From Octopus sinensis (Eukaryota), in the NCBI RefSeq assembly GCF_006345805.1, contig NC_043012.1:25792001-25856000 (forward strand): 64,000 nucleotides of DNA. The letters run 5' to 3'. Below, piece by piece: positions 40,690-55,018 of this stretch. The notes under the pieces are model-generated. The model was given only the letters and a program-made list of their open reading frames with translations, did no database searches and was not told the DNA's origin. The position numbers and the translations under genes are program-made. Within the stretch, counting starts at the first letter, position 1; each line of letters begins with the position of its first letter.

Positions 40690-41095
40690 AAGGTATCTGA
40701 CATTACAATAGAGAGATGTTTTTGTTTCACTTTTAACACGTAATACTGAAATAGTGGAAAAATATGATATTGCTGTGGGCTCGCCCTAGGCAAGAAGTTA
40801 GGAATTTTTTGCCCATGACACTACATGGACGCTAAGTAAGGCATGTTTAAAATTTGAATGAAATTAGTTATGTAGTTCTCAAGTTTTAGGGATTCATAGT
40901 GGAGAATATATGATATTGCTATGGGCTCACCCTAGGCAAAAAGTTAAATATTTTTTGCCATGACACTCCCTGGACCCTAAGTAAGGCATGTGTAACATTT
41001 GAATGAAATTGGTTGTGTAGTTCTCAAGTTTTAGGGATTCACACAGACAGACAGACAGGCAGTCAAACAAACACACATTCTCAGTTATATATATA
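40690..41095 (-). mobile_element. Helitron/Helentron-like 5' part with 145-bp tandem repeat and (GACA)n
   Basis: 40760-40895 matches 40905-41040; (acag)n next to a tatatataactgagaatgtgtg start. Confidence 0.5.
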
Positions 41096-41416
41096 AACTA
41101 TATCTATTTATCCATTTGTGTAACTGTCTACCTTTATAGCCTTCTATCTGAATGTCTGTTTGTCTCTCTCTTTACATATATGTATCATAAAGATGAATGT
41201 CACTACAAAGACTTACGAATGTATGTGATTGGTACATAAGTCTATGTTTAAAGATATATATGTATATATGTGTGTATATGCATATGTATAAAGTGAAAGA
41301 GAGAGAGAGAGAGAGGTAGGAGAGTGGGAGAGAGAGAGATAGACAGGAACAGAAATAAGAAGCGGATAAAAACGGAAATATTTTGTTGATTAAAAAGAAG
41401 GGCAAAGTTATCATCC

Positions 41417-41456
<40 letters not shown>

Positions 41457-42662
41457 AACCATCTTCATCACCAGCAGTAGTTTCATCAGTATCATCATTA
41501 TTATTATCATCACTAGAAAGATCTACATCTTGATATTCGGTACAATAAACAGAGGGAAAGCAGGCTATAGAAATAAATATTGAAGGAAAGAGAGAACGAA
41601 AGAAAGGAAATGGAAAGGAAGAAAATTGAAGCACAGCGAAAAGAAGGAATATAAAGAGAGAAAGAATGAGACAAAGATAAAAGGAATGAACTATAAAAAG
41701 GAATAAATAAAAGAAAGAGAATATATTTATTCAATAAAAGACATCATTTCATTTTACTGTTTGTTATTTCAATTTATTTCTTTTTATCACTATGACATTG
41801 ATAAATATGTAGAGTTTATTCTTACGTGTTGGCGCTGGTAGATCCTCCGTTAACGTTATCGATGCAGTCGTTCGATCGACTGAATTTTTTCTCATATAAG
41901 TGTTTCAGTGTAACCTAGATGCCTGTTGCCTTAACATAACTCAGTTTGTATTAACTTTACGCTGTATAACAATTTTTAGTCTTTGAACTATAGGTATATT
42001 CGCGCACCAATATGGATGAGAGTGAGCAGAAAAGCAGAAATTAGTAGTAGTACAGGAGGTAGAGAACGGAAAAGAAGAATAGAATCAAATGCTTTACTGG
42101 ACTATTTTCATCTATCCCGAAAGTATGACAGGCGCCGCCATTTTCTCTTAAACTGAAGAGCCAAAACAATTATTGAAAAAGTATTTAATTTAATTCAAGA
42201 TTCTACAAAGTTTACTTAATTGTTTTAAACATAAGTCTGGATGGGATGCGCAGCAATCACAATTCTTTCAGTTTCTACGATTTCCGGCAATGATGGAGGC
42301 AACGAAATATGTAAGTCTTAGTCTAGTGACCCTGTCCGAATTCAAGCGCAAGCTAAAAAAACAAAAAGGTACGTAACTACGTAATGGTGATAATAAACTA
42401 ACTAGGAGTCTATCAACTGAACTAATGGCCTAAAACCTCGTAATAAATTACACAAATTATTTTATCTAACGTTCTAACGCTTCCATATAGTCGTTTACCT
42501 CTGATCGACACTATATTTCAGATTCGTACGTAATTGAAAAAGAGTAAAAAAAATAGGTTTGATCCCGGTGAGGTTTGCACCCTAATCCCCAGAGAGCTGG
42601 CAGTAACATAGCGAAGCGTTCTGCTGGAAACTAGAAAATCCAGCAATTAGGTACCTGCTAAT

Positions 42663-42709
<47 letters not shown>

Positions 42710-43414
42710 CATATGAGAGGGATGATCTCTACGTGAACATCCATTATGCTAGAAGTAGATCCCCTATGGTCATACCACTAAAAAAGCCATGTTCTCATGA
42801 AAATTTAGCAAACATCAGAACGTAAGCGAGCATAACAGATGAAAAGAAGCAAGATATAGATTAACTGATTTCGCTATTAACACTTACACAAATTACTTAG
42901 TTAATTGTCCGTAGTGCATCAGTATGATCGTCATTGCAAATATAACTTGTAGAACTATACACGTAACGTCCGCATGTAATTGAATACGTATACAGTTCTA
43001 CCAATTACACTTGAGGTTATCTTTCAAAGACTTCGTTTTAGTCGAAAGAATCGACCTCATTAATTATATGTATATGTGAAATTTCTTAACATAAACCATA
43101 TATAACAGATCCGTATATCTGTTCTATAGAGCAAGGTTTTATACGGATAGAAGATGATGAGGTTATATCCGCTGTCTCATACCGTTGTGGATTACTGCTA
43201 TATGAGCTGGCAAAATTGTTTATGCATCGCACAAAATTTTCGGTTTCATTTCTTCCGGGTTCTTACTCTCTGACAAGTTTGCCTTCGTTCATTTCGGACT
43301 TGATAAACAAAATTACCAGTCATGTGTGGGATTTGTCTAATTAACTTACCCCATCGATCTCCAAAATAACTGACCTTGTGCTAAAATTCGAAACGATACA
43401 TATCTTTTATCATT

Positions 43415-43830
43415 TGCTTGTTTCAGTCATTAGACTGCGGCCATGCTGGGGCACTGCTTTGAAGACCTGTTTCAGACGAAAGAATCGATCTCATTAATTA
43501 CTTTTCATTTGTAAGCCTGGTGCTTATTCTGTCATTCGCCATTCACCGAACGGCTAAGTTACGGGGGAGGTAAACACACCAAAACCTGTTGCCAAGCGAT
43601 GGTCTAAGACACAAAGGTATACATACACGAGCACTACGTGCGTACACGCATGCACACACATGTACAATGGGCTTCTTTCAGTTGCAATATACGAAATCCA
43701 CTTGTAAGGCTTCGGGTCGGCCCGAGGTTGGAGTAGAAGACATACTTGCCCAAAGCGTCACGCAATGGGACCGAACTCGGCACCATGTTTTTGGGAAACA
43801 TATTTCTCAGGACGCAACTACACCTGGGCT
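43415..43830 (-). mobile_element. SINE family A, diverged full length
   Basis: Body and head recognisable. Confidence 0.75.
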
Positions 43831-44403
43831 TAAATACGTTCACAGTATAATTAAATACGGGGAAATATTTTCGTTCGTTACTTTTATACGCTTCAGCCAT
43901 CAGATGCTGTCATCCTGAAGCACAGCCACGAAAAACAATGGAATGATTTGTTGCATCATATCTGACACAGGCTTAAATAACCATAGCAACAACAACAGCA
44001 GCAACACGAACAACAGCAACAACAACATCATCAATAATAATGAAAAACTTCAACGAACACTAGAGACAGTGATAAGAAACTGACAGAAGCCTCCGTTGGT
44101 ATAGAATATACCACATGTTGTTGGATGGAAGGTCATGTTTTGGGTTATTAAAGACATTCTCAGTCAGTTGTACTGTGTTATGTCGAGATAGGAATTATAT
44201 AAAATCTTTGGTAGAATGAATGCGGGTGGAAATGGGGTGGTGGCTGATGTTTGTCCGTCTGTATATGTATATATGCAATGTGTGAGTCCACAATTAAGTA
44301 CAATGCATTAGTGTGTACACGTACATAAATATATAGATGTATACATATAACTAAATATATATATTATATATACATACATGTATGTATATATATACATATA
44401 TAC

Positions 44404-44483
<80 letters not shown>

Positions 44484-44657
44484 ATATATATAAATGTATG
44501 TATGTATATATATATATATATACGCGCACACATATATGGGTGAGTGTGTGTGTTTGTGTGTGTGTATGTGTATTTTGGGTCTAGTGCGTAGGTCTGTATG
44601 TACAAATACACCCACATCCGCATATATCCCTACACATATATGTATACACACACACAT

Positions 44658-44697
<40 letters not shown>

Positions 44698-45410
44698 TCA
44701 TGTACACACACACACACATGTATGTTAACGTATATAATGTGCATCTATACCCAGACACAGACACATAGTATATTCACACACACGCACGCGCACACACACA
44801 CACACACATACACACACACACACACGAACACACATTCACAATGCCAATTAGAAGAGAGAAGAGAAACCAGACTAGACTTCGGAGCGAAGCCGCATGCTGA
44901 GTTTTTTCAAACTAAGACAAATTGCTTGGTTGGACTAGAACAACAAATAAATAAATAAATAAATAAATACAATTACAATTACAATTTCTCCCTTATTTTG
45001 GCTATTGTTCTTCTCTGTTGTTACAGCTGGGGTTTCATTTGCTGTCTGTCTTTTGATGTGATGTTTGTGATTATTGGATTATTGCTATTTTTCACGACCT
45101 TGTTTTGCTTTTGTTGTTGTTGCTGTTTAACCCCGGCTCAACACCGATGGAGGAAGCCTATGATCAAATACATTCCAGCCGTAACCTTCACGCCTTATTT
45201 CCCCAATATGCAAAAAATACACGGCGTATGATTTTTTTGTTTTTGTTTTATGGTTTCTGTTCTATGTGTGTTATAATAAGTGGGTTTGTGGTTCGGGTGT
45301 TGCACGCATGAACACAGAATCATGGTTTCGATTCCGTAATAGGGTAGCACGTGGTGTTCTCTAGCAAAACGCTTAACTTCACCTTGCTCCTGTCCGTTCG
45401 TCTGTGAGTA

Positions 45411-46414
45411 AACTTTCAACGGCCTAACGTCTTGTGCAGGGGAATATTGCGATCGCAGTAGCATAGACGCTACTGAAAACGGGTAACCAGCTCTATGAGT
45501 CGAGGGACTAGAGGGCGGGGAGCTGGCAGAATCGTTAGAACGCCGGGCGAAATGGTTAGGGGTATTTCGTCTGCTGTTACGTTCTGAGTTCAAATTCCGC
45601 CGAGGTCGATTAGATAAGTACTAGTTACGCACTGCGATCGATGTAATCGACTTAATTCGTTTGTCTGTCCTTGTTTGTCCTCTCTGTGTTTAGCCCCTTG
45701 TGGGTAGCAAGAAATAGGTATTTCGTCTGCCGTTACTGCCTCAGTTCAAATTCCTTTCGGGGTCGATCAAATAAGTAACAGTTACGCACTGGGATCGATG
45801 TAATCGAATTAATCCCTTTGTCTGTCCTTGTTTGTCTCCTCTATGTTTAGCCCCCTGTGGACAATGAAAAATAAATAAATTCTTATTTAATAGTGTTGAA
45901 CTTTCAACGGCCTTACGTCTTGTGCAGGGGAATATTGCGATCGCAGTGGCATAGACGCTACTGAAAACGGGTAACCAGCTCTATGAGTCGAGGGACTAGA
46001 GGGCGGTGAGCTGGCAGAATCGTTAGAACGCCGAGCGAAATGGTTAGGGGTATTTCGTCTGCCGTTACGTTCTGAGTTCAAATTCCGCCGAGGTCGACTT
46101 TGCCTTTCATCACTTCGGGGTCGATTAGATAAGTACTAGTTACGCACTGCGATCGATGTAATCGACAATTCGTTTGTCTGTCCTTGTTTGTCCTCTCTGT
46201 GTTTAGCCCCTTGTGGGTAGTAAAGAAATAGGTATTTCGTCTGCCGTTACTGTCTCAGTTCAAATTCCTTTCGGGGTCGATCAAATAAGTAACAGTTAAG
46301 CGCTGGGATCGATATAATCGACTTAATCCCTTTGTCTGTCCTTGTTTGTCCCCTCTGTGTTTAGCTCCTTGTAGGCAATAAAAAACACGTAAATACATAT
46401 TTAATAGTGTTGAA
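45411..46414 (+). repeat. Tandem duplication, about 0.5-kb units, each carrying SINE B plus an extra tail
   Basis: 45411-45900 matches 45899-46414, with substitutions as well as indels. Confidence 0.9.
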
Positions 46415-46875
46415 AGTGAGGAAACCTTAGCTGATATGTCTAGCAATTATGGGGCCATCAATATGATTATTCAGTAGGTGTTGTGTTGGGTACGATTAGT
46501 TATATTAGTGCAGTCTCAGGGCTTGATTGTTTAGTAGTATTCTCAGAACAATCATTCGAAGTCTCCATGGTTTAACAGAATTGTCTGAAGAAGGAAGAGA
46601 ACAAAGAACAGAATAACAGAAGAGTAGCATATTTTAGATTAAAATAACAAAAAAAAAAAAAAATGGCTCCACGCATAAATCTCTAATGATCGGTCATGCC
46701 ACTTGTCATGTGACACTGAAATTCGTTGTCAAGTCGCGCGTTTGGATTGGTCTACTTTTACGCGGGATAATGAGCTCTTATCCAATCGCGTTGGACAATA
46801 AACCATCAAAAGCGGCAAATTTAAAATTGATCGTTTGAGCCTCTTTTATCTTATTTTCGTTACGGGCAGTGATTA

Positions 46876-46879
<4 letters not shown>

Positions 46880-46971
<92 letters not shown>

Positions 46972-46997
46972 AGAGACAGAGAGAGAGAGAGAGACAG

Positions 46998-47070
<73 letters not shown>
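46880..47070. repeat. (AG)n microsatellite
   Basis: About 190 bp, lightly interrupted. Confidence 0.95.
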
Positions 47071-47072
<2 letters not shown>

Positions 47073-47469
47073 TACAGACGAGCAGCGAGGGGGGAGTTTG
47101 TTTTCAAGAAGTTATGTTGCATTATTTGCAACCAGGTTCGACTGAGTTGAAAAGCCAATTATGAATGAATTCTTCGTGATGTATTAATCTGGTTCGCTGT
47201 ATAATCTTATTTAGCTGAAGAATAAAGTGTCACTGTTAATTGAAAGCTCTTCTCTGGTATTATGTCTACCGTTCTGTATGCTACTCATGAGAAGCAAGAA
47301 TTTTGTAATAAGAAGACCAGAGAAAACTTCTTTCGAGCTAAAGAAGTGTGAAAGCTATTCTGATACATAACTAAACCGGTGGAAAATAGGTATGAAGAAT
47401 TTCTAAGTAAAAAAGTCCAAGCTTATTGTGAAATATGCTTGAGCTCTGTAAAAAGTTCATAGGTAACAA

Positions 47470-47862
47470 TTTTACTCCTTTACTTGTTTCAGTCCTTTGA
47501 CTGTGACAATGCTGGAGCACCGACTTTAGTCGAGCAAATCGACCCCAGGACTTATTCTTTGCAAGCCTAGTACTTATTCTATCGGTCTCTTTTCCCGAAC
47601 CGCTAAGTTACAGAGACGTAAACACACCACCATCGGTTCTCAAGCTATGTTGGAGGACAAGCACAAAAACACATACACACACACAAATATATATACATAT
47701 ATACGATGGAATTCTTTCAGTTTTCGTCTGTCAAATTTATTCATAAAGCTTTGGTCGGCCCGAGGCTATAGCAGAAGACACTTGCCCAAGGTGCCAGGGG
47801 GACTGAACCCGAAACCATGCGGTTAGTAAGCAAGCTACTTACCACCGAGCCACTCCTACGCC
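47470..47862 (-). mobile_element. SINE family A, full length
   Basis: Head, body and tail. Confidence 0.85.
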
Positions 47863-48179
47863 AATGGTAAAAGAGTCAAAGTTTATTATGAAATGGGAAC
47901 TATGCTTGAGCCCTGCAAAAATTCCAAGTTATAAGTAAAACGCTAAGGATTACATGGAAGATTCAGCTTCAGTCTTAGTTTTTCCTGTGTCTTCGAGCAC
48001 ATTCATTAGTCAAATTGACTGGTATATAATAGCTGCTGTTTTCTCTGCTTCCCACCGTGTAATTGTTCTGTACCGTGTAGTTTCGGCTTCCTTTTCTTTC
48101 TTTTGTCCTCGGATTGTATCCATTTGACACAATAGTTTGAACTTAATAGCACCACTTGGCGAAGTGGTGCTATTAAATC

Positions 48180-50600
48180 AGCATTTGGACAATAAGGCCC
48201 ACTCAAGTAGAGGGTTATTGTTTACGGAGACATAGCCGGGTGTAGGAGGTTTATCTGGGATTTTTTGAAGGAATTTGTCCAAAGACTTCTTGAACTTTAT
48301 GGGATCTGTTCCTGCTTTAATGTGTTTTGGTGTAATGTTAAAGAGAGCGGGGCCAACTGAGGTGAAATAAGTGTGCCGTATTATTGTTATGAGATGCGAG
48401 TGTGATTTATGTAGAGGGTGGATATCACGCGGCCCGGGCTCTGGATGTAACTTAAAAAGTGAATATTTTCCCCATCATGCAGTTGATGTAGCGCTCACGG
48501 CGACGTTGGAGAGAATAAGGCTTGAGCTTTTCAAGTCGACCCCCAATAGTCAAGGCCTGACATGCTATCTATCTTTTTGGCAATTGACCATTGAAGTGCT
48601 TCAACTTTCATGATACTCTGTTTCGTGTTGGGAGACTAGAGTGGAGAACAGTATAAAATGTTGAGCCGGGCAAAAGTGGAGAAGAGAAGGGTAATGGCAT
48701 GGATATCTCTCGACTGGAAAGTTTTGAGAATCCAGGGAGACATTCTGCGGGCCATGTCAACTTTGTTGTTTATATGAACGGCCCAGCTTACGTTTTTGTC
48801 CTCAAATACTCCCAAGTCTCTGATGTTGTTTCATACCATGAGTGCTTCACCTGAAAGAAGGGAGTATGGGGCTTTCAGGATATCCTCTTTTTTAGAGCGG
48901 ATCAACTCAAATTTGTCCTTCAGCAGCATATTGTTCCTTTCCGCCCATTGGATGACAGCCAGTAGGTTTGGCTGAAGACATGTCCGGTCACCTACTTCCT
49001 TGACGACCTTCTGGATCTTGGAATCTACTGCAAAGATTCTTATGTTGCCATGCTTGGTGATGTCAGTAATGTCATTAGTGTAGATGATGAAAAGAAATGG
49101 GGCCAAAATAGTGCCTTGTGGAACACCAGTACTGAATTTGGCTGGTCTTGATTTCATTTCTTCAGCTACAATGTCTGTCAGGAAACGCTTGATCCATTCT
49201 AGTAACTTTCCAGAGACACTAGTGTTCGATAGTTTTTCTTTCAAGAGAATCTTATGATCAACCCTGTGAAAAGCCTTACTGGAATCATGGTAGATGACAT
49301 CGGTGTTGGAGCCCTCTCTCAAAGCTCCCAAAAGGTCATCAAAGTGATGCAGAAGCTGCATTAGGCATTTACTTCAGTTACGGAACCCATGTTGGTTGGG
49401 ATTCAGCATTTGTTGCTTTCAAGAAAGTGAGTTATTAGTAACGTCACCACCCTCTTCAAATACCTTCATGATATTGGAGGTGACCAAGATCGGATAGTAG
49501 TACACTGTAAGGGACTTGTTTCCCTTTTTGAAAACTAGGACAACAGAATGGGGCAGAAAGTTTTCAGGAATATAGTCAGCATCCAGTGAGTTCCTCCCCA
49601 GATTACAACAAGAGGAGATGCAAGTTGGTGTCGACAAACCTTCAGGATACAAGGAGGGAACCTATCAGGGCCTATTGCTGAATTGTGTTTAATTTCGTTT
49701 ATTGACGCTAAGACGCCAGTGGCGCCAAACTTTACGTCAGATATAGTGTGTTGGGGATTAATGGTACTTATACAGCCCAGATCGGCCATATCAAGATTGA
49801 TGAAAACAGAACAGTATTGTTTCTGCAGTATCCCATTCATAGTTTTGGCATTATCTAGGAAAGTGCCATTTTCATCAATTTGAGGGCCAACAGTGGAGAG
49901 AGTGAACTTGTGTTTCTTTTCAAAAGAGAACACTTCAGGAATGAATTTGATTTTTCTCAATGGCACATTTCTTCTCAGTTGTTCTTTGGTTATTGATGAC
50001 GGTCTTCATGTATTGTTGGAGGTTATATAATTTTGATTCGTGCAGGGAGAGAGCCATCGAATATATTTGTGGCTGTTGGTAGTATTTTAGTTTGTTGATT
50101 TCCTTGTTCATTGTTTTTATTTTTCTGATAATAGTTTTTTCCATTTTGGAGAAATCTGCACTTTGTTCACAGGTCTTGGTGGGGTGTGTTTTGCACATAC
50201 ATTTTTAACAGTGTGTTCAAAGTTCTGCCAAGATGTCTTCATGCTGGGTATGGTGTGTGAATATGTGAAAGACCAGTCAACATCTGAAAGCTTGATCATG
50301 ATTGCATCTCAGTTGGCATTATAGAGATCCATATTATCAAATGGGTTGGCTACAGTGCGGTCAATAGGATGAGCTTTCGGCTGGTGGACCTTTAGGTTAC
50401 AGAGAACCATGTCATGATCTGAAAGTAAGGTCTTTTTCCACTGTAAGATTATGTAGAGTGATAGTGTGGTCACTAAACACTAAATCTAGAATGTTCTTAA
50501 ATCTTAGTACAGGAAACACTAATTCATAGAAACAAGAAGTGATTCTACTGCTTCTTTGTCAGAGATTCAGGTGGGAGCGCCTGGTTTCAAATTGTTTGTA
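48180..50600 (-). pseudogene. CR1-group LINE ORF2 (APE C-terminus plus reverse transcriptase), decayed
   Basis: NILDLVF...SDH endonuclease end; DSSKAFHRVDH, GVPQGTILAPFLFIIYTND, FAVD (from FADD); many frameshifts. Confidence 0.9.
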
Positions 50601-50766
50601 GACCAATCAACAGAGAGAAGATTAAAATCTCCCATCATAAGGATGTTACTATATATGTTATATATAAACATACACATACACCCCCTCCCATATATATATA
50701 TATTATATATATATATATATATATATGTGTGTATATTGGCAGGGCTGGACTGCTAGGTAGTCGGCC

Positions 50767-50813
<47 letters not shown>

Positions 50814-51066
50814 ATTAAATAATGAGGGTGAATAAAATTATAGATATTAATTCAATAATACCCTTATTTTAACACCAAGCGACCTAGCACAAAAAACCGG
50901 GGACACAAATTCATATTTATCCGTAAATATTAGAGAGTCAACTTTGAATATGTTAACTCTAGTGCTAGAAATAGGTCCGATCGGTAAAAGTCGCCGACGA
51001 TAAATCCACATAGGAATAGCACCACAATCAACGCTATGAAATTAAATTACTACTAAATAATGGATT

Positions 51067-51143
51067 AATGTTGTACAATTGTTTCTTCATTAACAAAATG
51101 CAGATTATACTTACATAATTGTCTATGATTCATCAGCAACATT
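51067..51143 (-). ncRNA. Type I hammerhead motif, mirror copy
   Basis: Exact reverse complement of 51191-51267. Confidence 0.7.
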
Positions 51144-51190
51144 TGTCAATATAATTGATCAGACCCTTACAAGCGACAATTATATTGACA

Positions 51191-51267
51191 AATGTTGCTG
51201 ATGAATCATAGACAATTATGTAAGTATAATCTGCATTTTGTTAATGAAGAAACAATTGTACAACATT
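51191..51267 (+). ncRNA. Type I hammerhead motif
   Basis: 7-bp stem I AATGTTG/CAACATT, CTGATGA, extended stem II (TCAT/ATGA, GACAA/TTGTT) with an A-A at its base, GAAA, palindromic ACAATTGT, GUA triplet; predicted cut after 51260. Confidence 0.75.
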
Positions 51268-52120
51268 AATCCATTATTTAGTAGTAATTTAATTTCATAG
51301 CGTTGATTGTGGTGCTATTCCTATGTGGATTTATCGTCGGCGACTTTTACCGATCGGACTTATTTCTAGCACTAGAGTTAACATATTCAAAGTTGACTCT
51401 CTAATATTTACGGATATATATATATATATGTGTATATTGGCAGGGCTGGACTGCTAGGTAGTCGGCCATATATATATATGTATGTATGTATGTATATGTA
51501 TATCTTTATCTTGAGACTGATTGTGACATCTGTGCCCCTTAGCGTCCGTGCGTGCACGAATCTATTTTATATTTGTACAATCCATTCCATCATATGATTT
51601 TATACATCATCAGTGCTACGGCCGGCATTTTGGTCTTCAGCTTTGCGTCAAATGCACCGAGTGTCATTCATAAAATACTATCAGATGTTACAGAACAGAA
51701 GCCACGGTGAAAAACAGGAAACGCTTTAAATGACATAAAGGTAGAGAATTTATAAAGACCGTAAACTATAAGTGGAATAATGATCTTTTTCCTCTGCTTT
51801 TGACGTTATAACACAGCAGCAATTTCATGGATTGTGTTTTCACGAATTATGCTTTTCAAGAAGTACATATATCCAGACATATATGAATGCACACTTGCGC
51901 ACAAATAAGCATAGATACATGCATGTATATATCTGTATATATATATATACGTGTGTGTGTATCTATGTATATATGTATGTATATACATACATATAAATAT
52001 GAGTGTGTGCGTGTATTTATATAACTAAATATATATATATATGTGTGTGTGTAAGCAAATATGCGTATGAATATATAGATATATATATGAATATAAATAT
52101 ATATATATATTATATATAAT

Positions 52121-52153
<33 letters not shown>

Positions 52154-52205
52154 ATTATATATATATATATAGATATATATATATATAATTATATATATAT
52201 ATATA

Positions 52206-52288
<83 letters not shown>

Positions 52289-52416
52289 TATATTATATAT
52301 ATATAATATATATATATATAGACTCACACTTCTGTAATCCTATGACCGCCAGAATTCACAATTTATTGGAACATAGGTTACCCGTGACCAGCTAATGCTT
52401 AGGAAAATATTGCTGT

Positions 52417-52818
52417 ACTCTTTACTCTTTTACTTGTTTCAGTCATATGACTGTGGCCATACTGGAGCACCACCTTTTGTCGAGCAAATCGACCCAAGGA
52501 CTTTGTTTTTTTTCGTAAACCAAGTACTTATTCTATCGGTCTCTTTTGCTGAACCGCTAATTACGTGGAGGTAAACACACCACCATCTGTTGTCAAGCAA
52601 CTGTGGGGGGGGGGGGACATAAACATATACATACATATATATATATATAGATATACATATACACGACGGGCTTCTTTCAGTTTCCTTCTACCAAATCCAC
52701 TCAGAAGGCTTTGGTCGGCCCGAGGCTATAGTAGAAGCCATAAGCCCAAGGTGCCACGCAGTGGGAATGAACAATGTGGTTGGTAAGCAAGCTAGTTACC
52801 ACACAGCCTCTCCTGCAC
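52417..52818 (-). mobile_element. SINE family A, full length
   Basis: Head, body and tail. Confidence 0.85.
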
Positions 52819-52852
52819 CTATATACATGTGTATGTGTGTGCGAGTGTATAT

Positions 52853-52898
<46 letters not shown>

Positions 52899-53077
52899 CA
52901 CATATAACTCCATTTCTCAATTTATCTATGTCATATTTAAACATTTCACTAAACCCTTGAACTACTACCTTTATAAGTAGCTTGTAATATTCTTGGCACT
53001 TATGTGAATTTTTCTATTCCGGTAACTGTTATTTGTACATATTGAAAAAATACACATACATTTACCTCTTATTATAA

Positions 53078-53441
53078 TATATATATATATAAACTGCAAA
53101 ATGTCTGCGTGTGTGTCCTTTATACAAATCCACAATTATCCAATTAGAGGGCTCGCACTTTCTATGGTCATTTAAAACAATCCAAGGGTAGTAGTGCACA
53201 TCTTTACATTTCACCAGTCACCCCGTAAAGCCATTAAAAAATCAATAGAAGTGACTTTTTTGTGAATTTTCTATCGAAAACCCAATCAAAATGTCCGAAA
53301 CTTGATATGCCAATTGAATGCCAGCTAGCTGTATGTGATTGGTCAGAGATTTTGAGAGTACTCACGGGTATGTGTGCACACACGCAGCTGTATATGCATG
53401 CACTTGCACTATAACCTGGCATTGACGGGTCATAGTGCTAG
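53078..53441 (+). mobile_element. Non-autonomous Helitron
   Basis: tatatataaactgcaaaatgtctg start; ends cctggcattgacggg-tcatagtg-CTAG|T. Confidence 0.6.
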
Positions 53442-54048
53442 TATACATACATATATATACATATATAAGAAATTCACTGTGTAAAAGTCAATACGAAGAG
53501 TAATCCATGCAATGAGCGTTCAAGATTACTAAACATTTCGACTATGTGTATTTATCGTGCTACTCATTGTTTTCCCGGCATGAGTACGTTCATCAGGCGC
53601 CAGTCCCGCTATACTCCCAACACTTTAGTTTAAATAAAGGAACTGTTCCTCTATTATGTACGTAGACAACTTAAATAAATACATAAATACACACACTCAC
53701 ACAAAGCCTATTTGTGCATGTGCGTATGCGTATATATACATACAAATAAAGGTTAATATATAGATACACAACACATATATCATATAGTATATATAGATAT
53801 ATATATATTATATACATACATATATATATAAATATATATATATATATGTAAATGTGTGTATAATATATATATACATATACTTATATATATGTAAATATAT
53901 ATATATGCATATATATGTATGTATATATATACATATATAAATATATATATATATGTATGTACATTTATAAATATATGTATATAGATAGATAGATAGACAG
54001 ATAGATAAACAGATAGATAGATAGATAAATAGATAGATAGATAGATAA

Positions 54049-54085
<37 letters not shown>

Positions 54086-54971
54086 CAGATGTGTGTTTTT
54101 GAGTTCATGCATTTATGAATATCAGCACTCGTTTTTGTATATATATGTATATGTATATATAAATGTCTGTGCATGTATACAAACACATATATATATATGT
54201 ATATATATACTCACACACAATCACATACCTCTGCATATAAACATTATATCCTGATTAAGTCAACAAATAACATGATACCAATAATATAAAAACAAACCGC
54301 TTTCTCACAATCACATGCCGAAATACACACACGAACACACGCACAAGCGCACACACACACATACACACGCACACGCACATACACATGCGCACGTGCACGC
54401 ACAACCGCACACACACACACACACAAGCAGAACCACACTCAGAGAGAAACACACACAGACATGTGTATGCTACACTGCTCACTTCTGTTTATCTCTTCGA
54501 CATCCATCTTGTTCGATTTTGTACGGAGCTTTTCGATTTTTAAATTTAAACATATATGTGTTTAAATTTAGTTAATCGAATGACGGAAACAAATTAAATA
54601 TGTTAGAATATCTAAAAAGCGGATTAAAAATGATAATCTTTTGAATTAAATTAAGATCTTTCCAGTACGGATAAGGGCGAAAACCTACTTTATCTGATCA
54701 GAATGTCTAATACAGATCTTGGCTCTCGTCTTACGTTTAACAATATGTGACTTCCATGCGTACATGCGCATATACATGTATGTATGTGTGAATGTATACG
54801 CACATACATTCAGAGGTACTCAGAAACACGTGCATGAACATATAAATATATATATTATATATATATTATATATATATATATATTATATATAATATTATAT
54901 ATATATATATATACATATATAGATACATATATATATATACATTTATATATATTATAATACATATATATATA

Positions 54972-55018
<47 letters not shown>

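Larger units (their letters stand above)
50815..51416. mobile_element. Penelope-like end with 240-bp near-perfect inverted copy
   Basis: Arms 50918-51157 / 51177-51416 (one mismatch seen), 19-nt loop; 38-bp direct repeat outside (50729-50766 / 51430-51467). Confidence 0.8.

Noticed and set aside
53520-53600. Minus-strand CTGATGA with hairpin and downstream GAAA
   Set aside because: No stem I partner, and GAAA is out of register with stem II.
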